64,000 bases of DNA from Takakia lepidozioides (Eukaryota > Plantae > Bryophyta): positions 9,610,001-9,674,000 of the forward strand of contig CM060733.1 of NCBI GenBank assembly GCA_030704615.1, written 5' to 3'. Within the stretch, counting starts at the first letter, position 1, and the number at the start of each line of letters is the position of its first letter. Below the pieces are notes generated by a model. The model searched no databases and was not told the origin of the DNA. It was given only the letters and a program-made list of their open reading frames with translations. The translations under genes were made by a program, and so were the position numbers. This document shows, piece after piece, positions 62,247 to 64,000 of this stretch.

Positions 62247-63977
62247 TCAGGGTATTGCATCCAATCTAAGCTCGAACATAATTCCCTTCCTCAGATGATC
62301 AGTTATCTCCCAGCCGCCTGATTCCCACATTTTGGGTAACTGGTGCCAACCATCTGATTCCCAAGTTTTGGGTAGCGAAGGCCTCGAGTCCTTAGAAACG
62401 TCATGCCAAACGTCGTCTTTGGAGATGTCACGCCACACAAAGAGAAGCTCATGGTACTTGCCTGGTCCAAACACTCCCCCAACGAGTAGAATCACAGTTC
62501 CACATACATATACTCTTTGCTCATGGTTAGTTCGCATGCATGCAGGGCCGTAGCATACCTTCTTCCACTCGAGGGTTGAGTTTTCGAACTCCCAAATGTA
62601 CTCGAAGTCGTTCCCCAGCATAAAAATGCGTCCTTGGCTTTCCCCCATAAGATGTCTATTCTGGGGTTCAAACCAGACCGAATCATGGTGATGATCACGG
62701 TAGGAAATCCCCAGGCTTTCCTCTGGTGGTAGAACTCCTGGTGGCAATGGGAGGTCACCGATGGGTGCTGCTCGAATGTCAGACACCAGTTCATACATGG
62801 GTTCTGCTCTCATGTCATACACCCCTACGCCTATGTAATCATCTGCTATAAACTCTTTTGCACAGAAAATGGAGCTGTTTGTAAGATGCCCAGGGTTCTC
62901 TAAACTGGCGCTCCAGCAATTGGTCACGGAGTCATATACCTCCATTGTAAATATTTCTGAGCCACGGGTCTTTCCCCCAACAATCAGTGCGTACTGCTTT
63001 GTATGGCTGTTGTAGGCCATCTGGCAAATCTCAGGAAAGTCCTGCACTTTAACTGTGGGCGGGAGTTTCCGCATAGCCTTTGTGAGAGGATTACATACCA
63101 GGATCCGTAGATAAGTGGTGAAAGGAAAATCTTCATCTGACGATTCACCGTCTGAAAATTCCTCCTCTCCCCTGACCTGAGCACAGAAACACATGAGACC
63201 TCCCGCTGTTGCGAACGGTCCACAATAATCTGAAGGAAGAAACGAGAGAGGCATTGCCCCAGACCACTGGTTTCGCGTAATATCAAATGTCCAAAGCGCT
63301 AAATCGCTCTCCAGCGGTAGACTGGGACCAACTTCTGAGACTAGTGACAACCTAGGGATATCGGAAAAGACTTGCTGAAATGTGGGCGAAAAAATGAGCG
63401 TCTTCCAGCGCTTGCTCACAGAGAGAAGGCGGAAAATGCAGGCCAGAGGCAACCGCGCGAAAATCAGCTCGATCAAAAACTCAGGCAGCTGACTCCAGAG
63501 CGAACCATCCATGTTGGTTGTGTGGAGCACACATTCTCGACAGACGAATGGTCCCTTGTCACGCTGAGCTCTCTGACGTGTTTCTATCTCTGATAACTCT
63601 ACCTTTGATTGAGAGCTTGCCTCTGTCATCCTTCCTGCCGTGTCGCAGTTGACATTCAGAGGGAAATATCCAGGAGAAGTATCCAAGACCGGTCGGTGGT
63701 ATGTACATACATGGGAACAACACGGCGTTTCCTTGCCATCTTCAAGCGTATCCAGTTCTGCTTTCTTTGAGGTGTAGGATGCCTTTATTGTTTGGGAGGT
63801 TTCCGCTGCGATCGCTTCTGCCGTGCTACAGTTGATCCTAACCATGTCAGCGCTGGAAACCTTTGCATGCTGAGTCAATGCCATAGCTACCGCAGCGTTC
63901 CTGGTCTGGACCTCCATAAGCCACTCCCGCATGCGTGTTGCAATTCGGTACAGATCCTGATACCTCTCCTCCTCCAT
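62247..63977 (-). CDS. F-box protein with kelch-like/FBA beta-propeller C-terminus
   Basis: F-box MDGSLWSQLPEFLIELIFARLP...VSKRWK, then ATAGGLMCF, LVCNPLTK..RKLP and EVYDS.TN.W; intronless ORF; true start uncertain. Confidence 0.85.
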   Translation of the reverse strand: MEEERYQDLYRIATRMREWLMEVQTRNAAVAMALTQHAKVSSADMVRINCSTAEAIAAETSQTIKASYTSKKAELDTLEDGKETPCCSHVCTYHRPVLDTSPGYFPLNVNCDTAGRMTEASSQSKVELSEIETRQRAQRDKGPFVCRECVLHTTNMDGSLWSQLPEFLIELIFARLPLACIFRLLSVSKRWKTLIFSPTFQQVFSDIPRLSLVSEVGPSLPLESDLALWTFDITRNQWSGAMPLSFLPSDYCGPFATAGGLMCFCAQVRGEEEFSDGESSDEDFPFTTYLRILVCNPLTKAMRKLPPTVKVQDFPEICQMAYNSHTKQYALIVGGKTRGSEIFTMEVYDSVTNCWSASLENPGHLTNSSIFCAKEFIADDYIGVGVYDMRAEPMYELVSDIRAAPIGDLPLPPGVLPPEESLGISYRDHHHDSVWFEPQNRHLMGESQGRIFMLGNDFEYIWEFENSTLEWKKVCYGPACMRTNHEQRVYVCGTVILLVGGVFGPGKYHELLFVWRDISKDDVWHDVSKDSRPSLPKTWESDGWHQLPKMWESGGWEITDHLRKGIMFELRLDAIP

Positions 63978-64000
63978 ATATTTTCTTTTGAGGTGCGTGA

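Overview
Eukaryotic land-plant nuclear DNA, probably from a bryophyte with heavy organellar RNA editing (inferred from gene content and TE types, not proven). The window holds three paralogous PLS-class PPR editing-factor genes (804-5195 +, 15386-19954 +, 57187-52031 -) and three PPR relics. Each long single-exon PPR ORF is only the last exon of its gene. Upstream lie a conserved transit-peptide-like exon (MAACS...) and 2-3 intron-split, frame-symmetric exon pairs that splice into OSB-type 'PDF' motifs (W.EFF.[DN]PSQWWD....K | .[NS]P..PD[FY]K.K....LWI.....P.WV). The reconstructed architecture is transit peptide-(PDF)n-PLS PPR-E1/E2-DYW, i.e. a putative ssDNA-binding module fused to a C-to-U deaminase. 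The rest is TE-rich: a large decayed DNA-transposon region (Sola-like transposase, palindrome arrays, Pol II CTD-like heptads), a nested Ty3/gypsy chromovirus cluster with three LTRs, a retroelement carrying a C5 DNA-methyltransferase domain, MITEs and tRNA-derived SINEs. An F-box gene lies at the right end. All exon models were derived by eye from GT/AG sites, frame and paralog alignment; none has transcript support.
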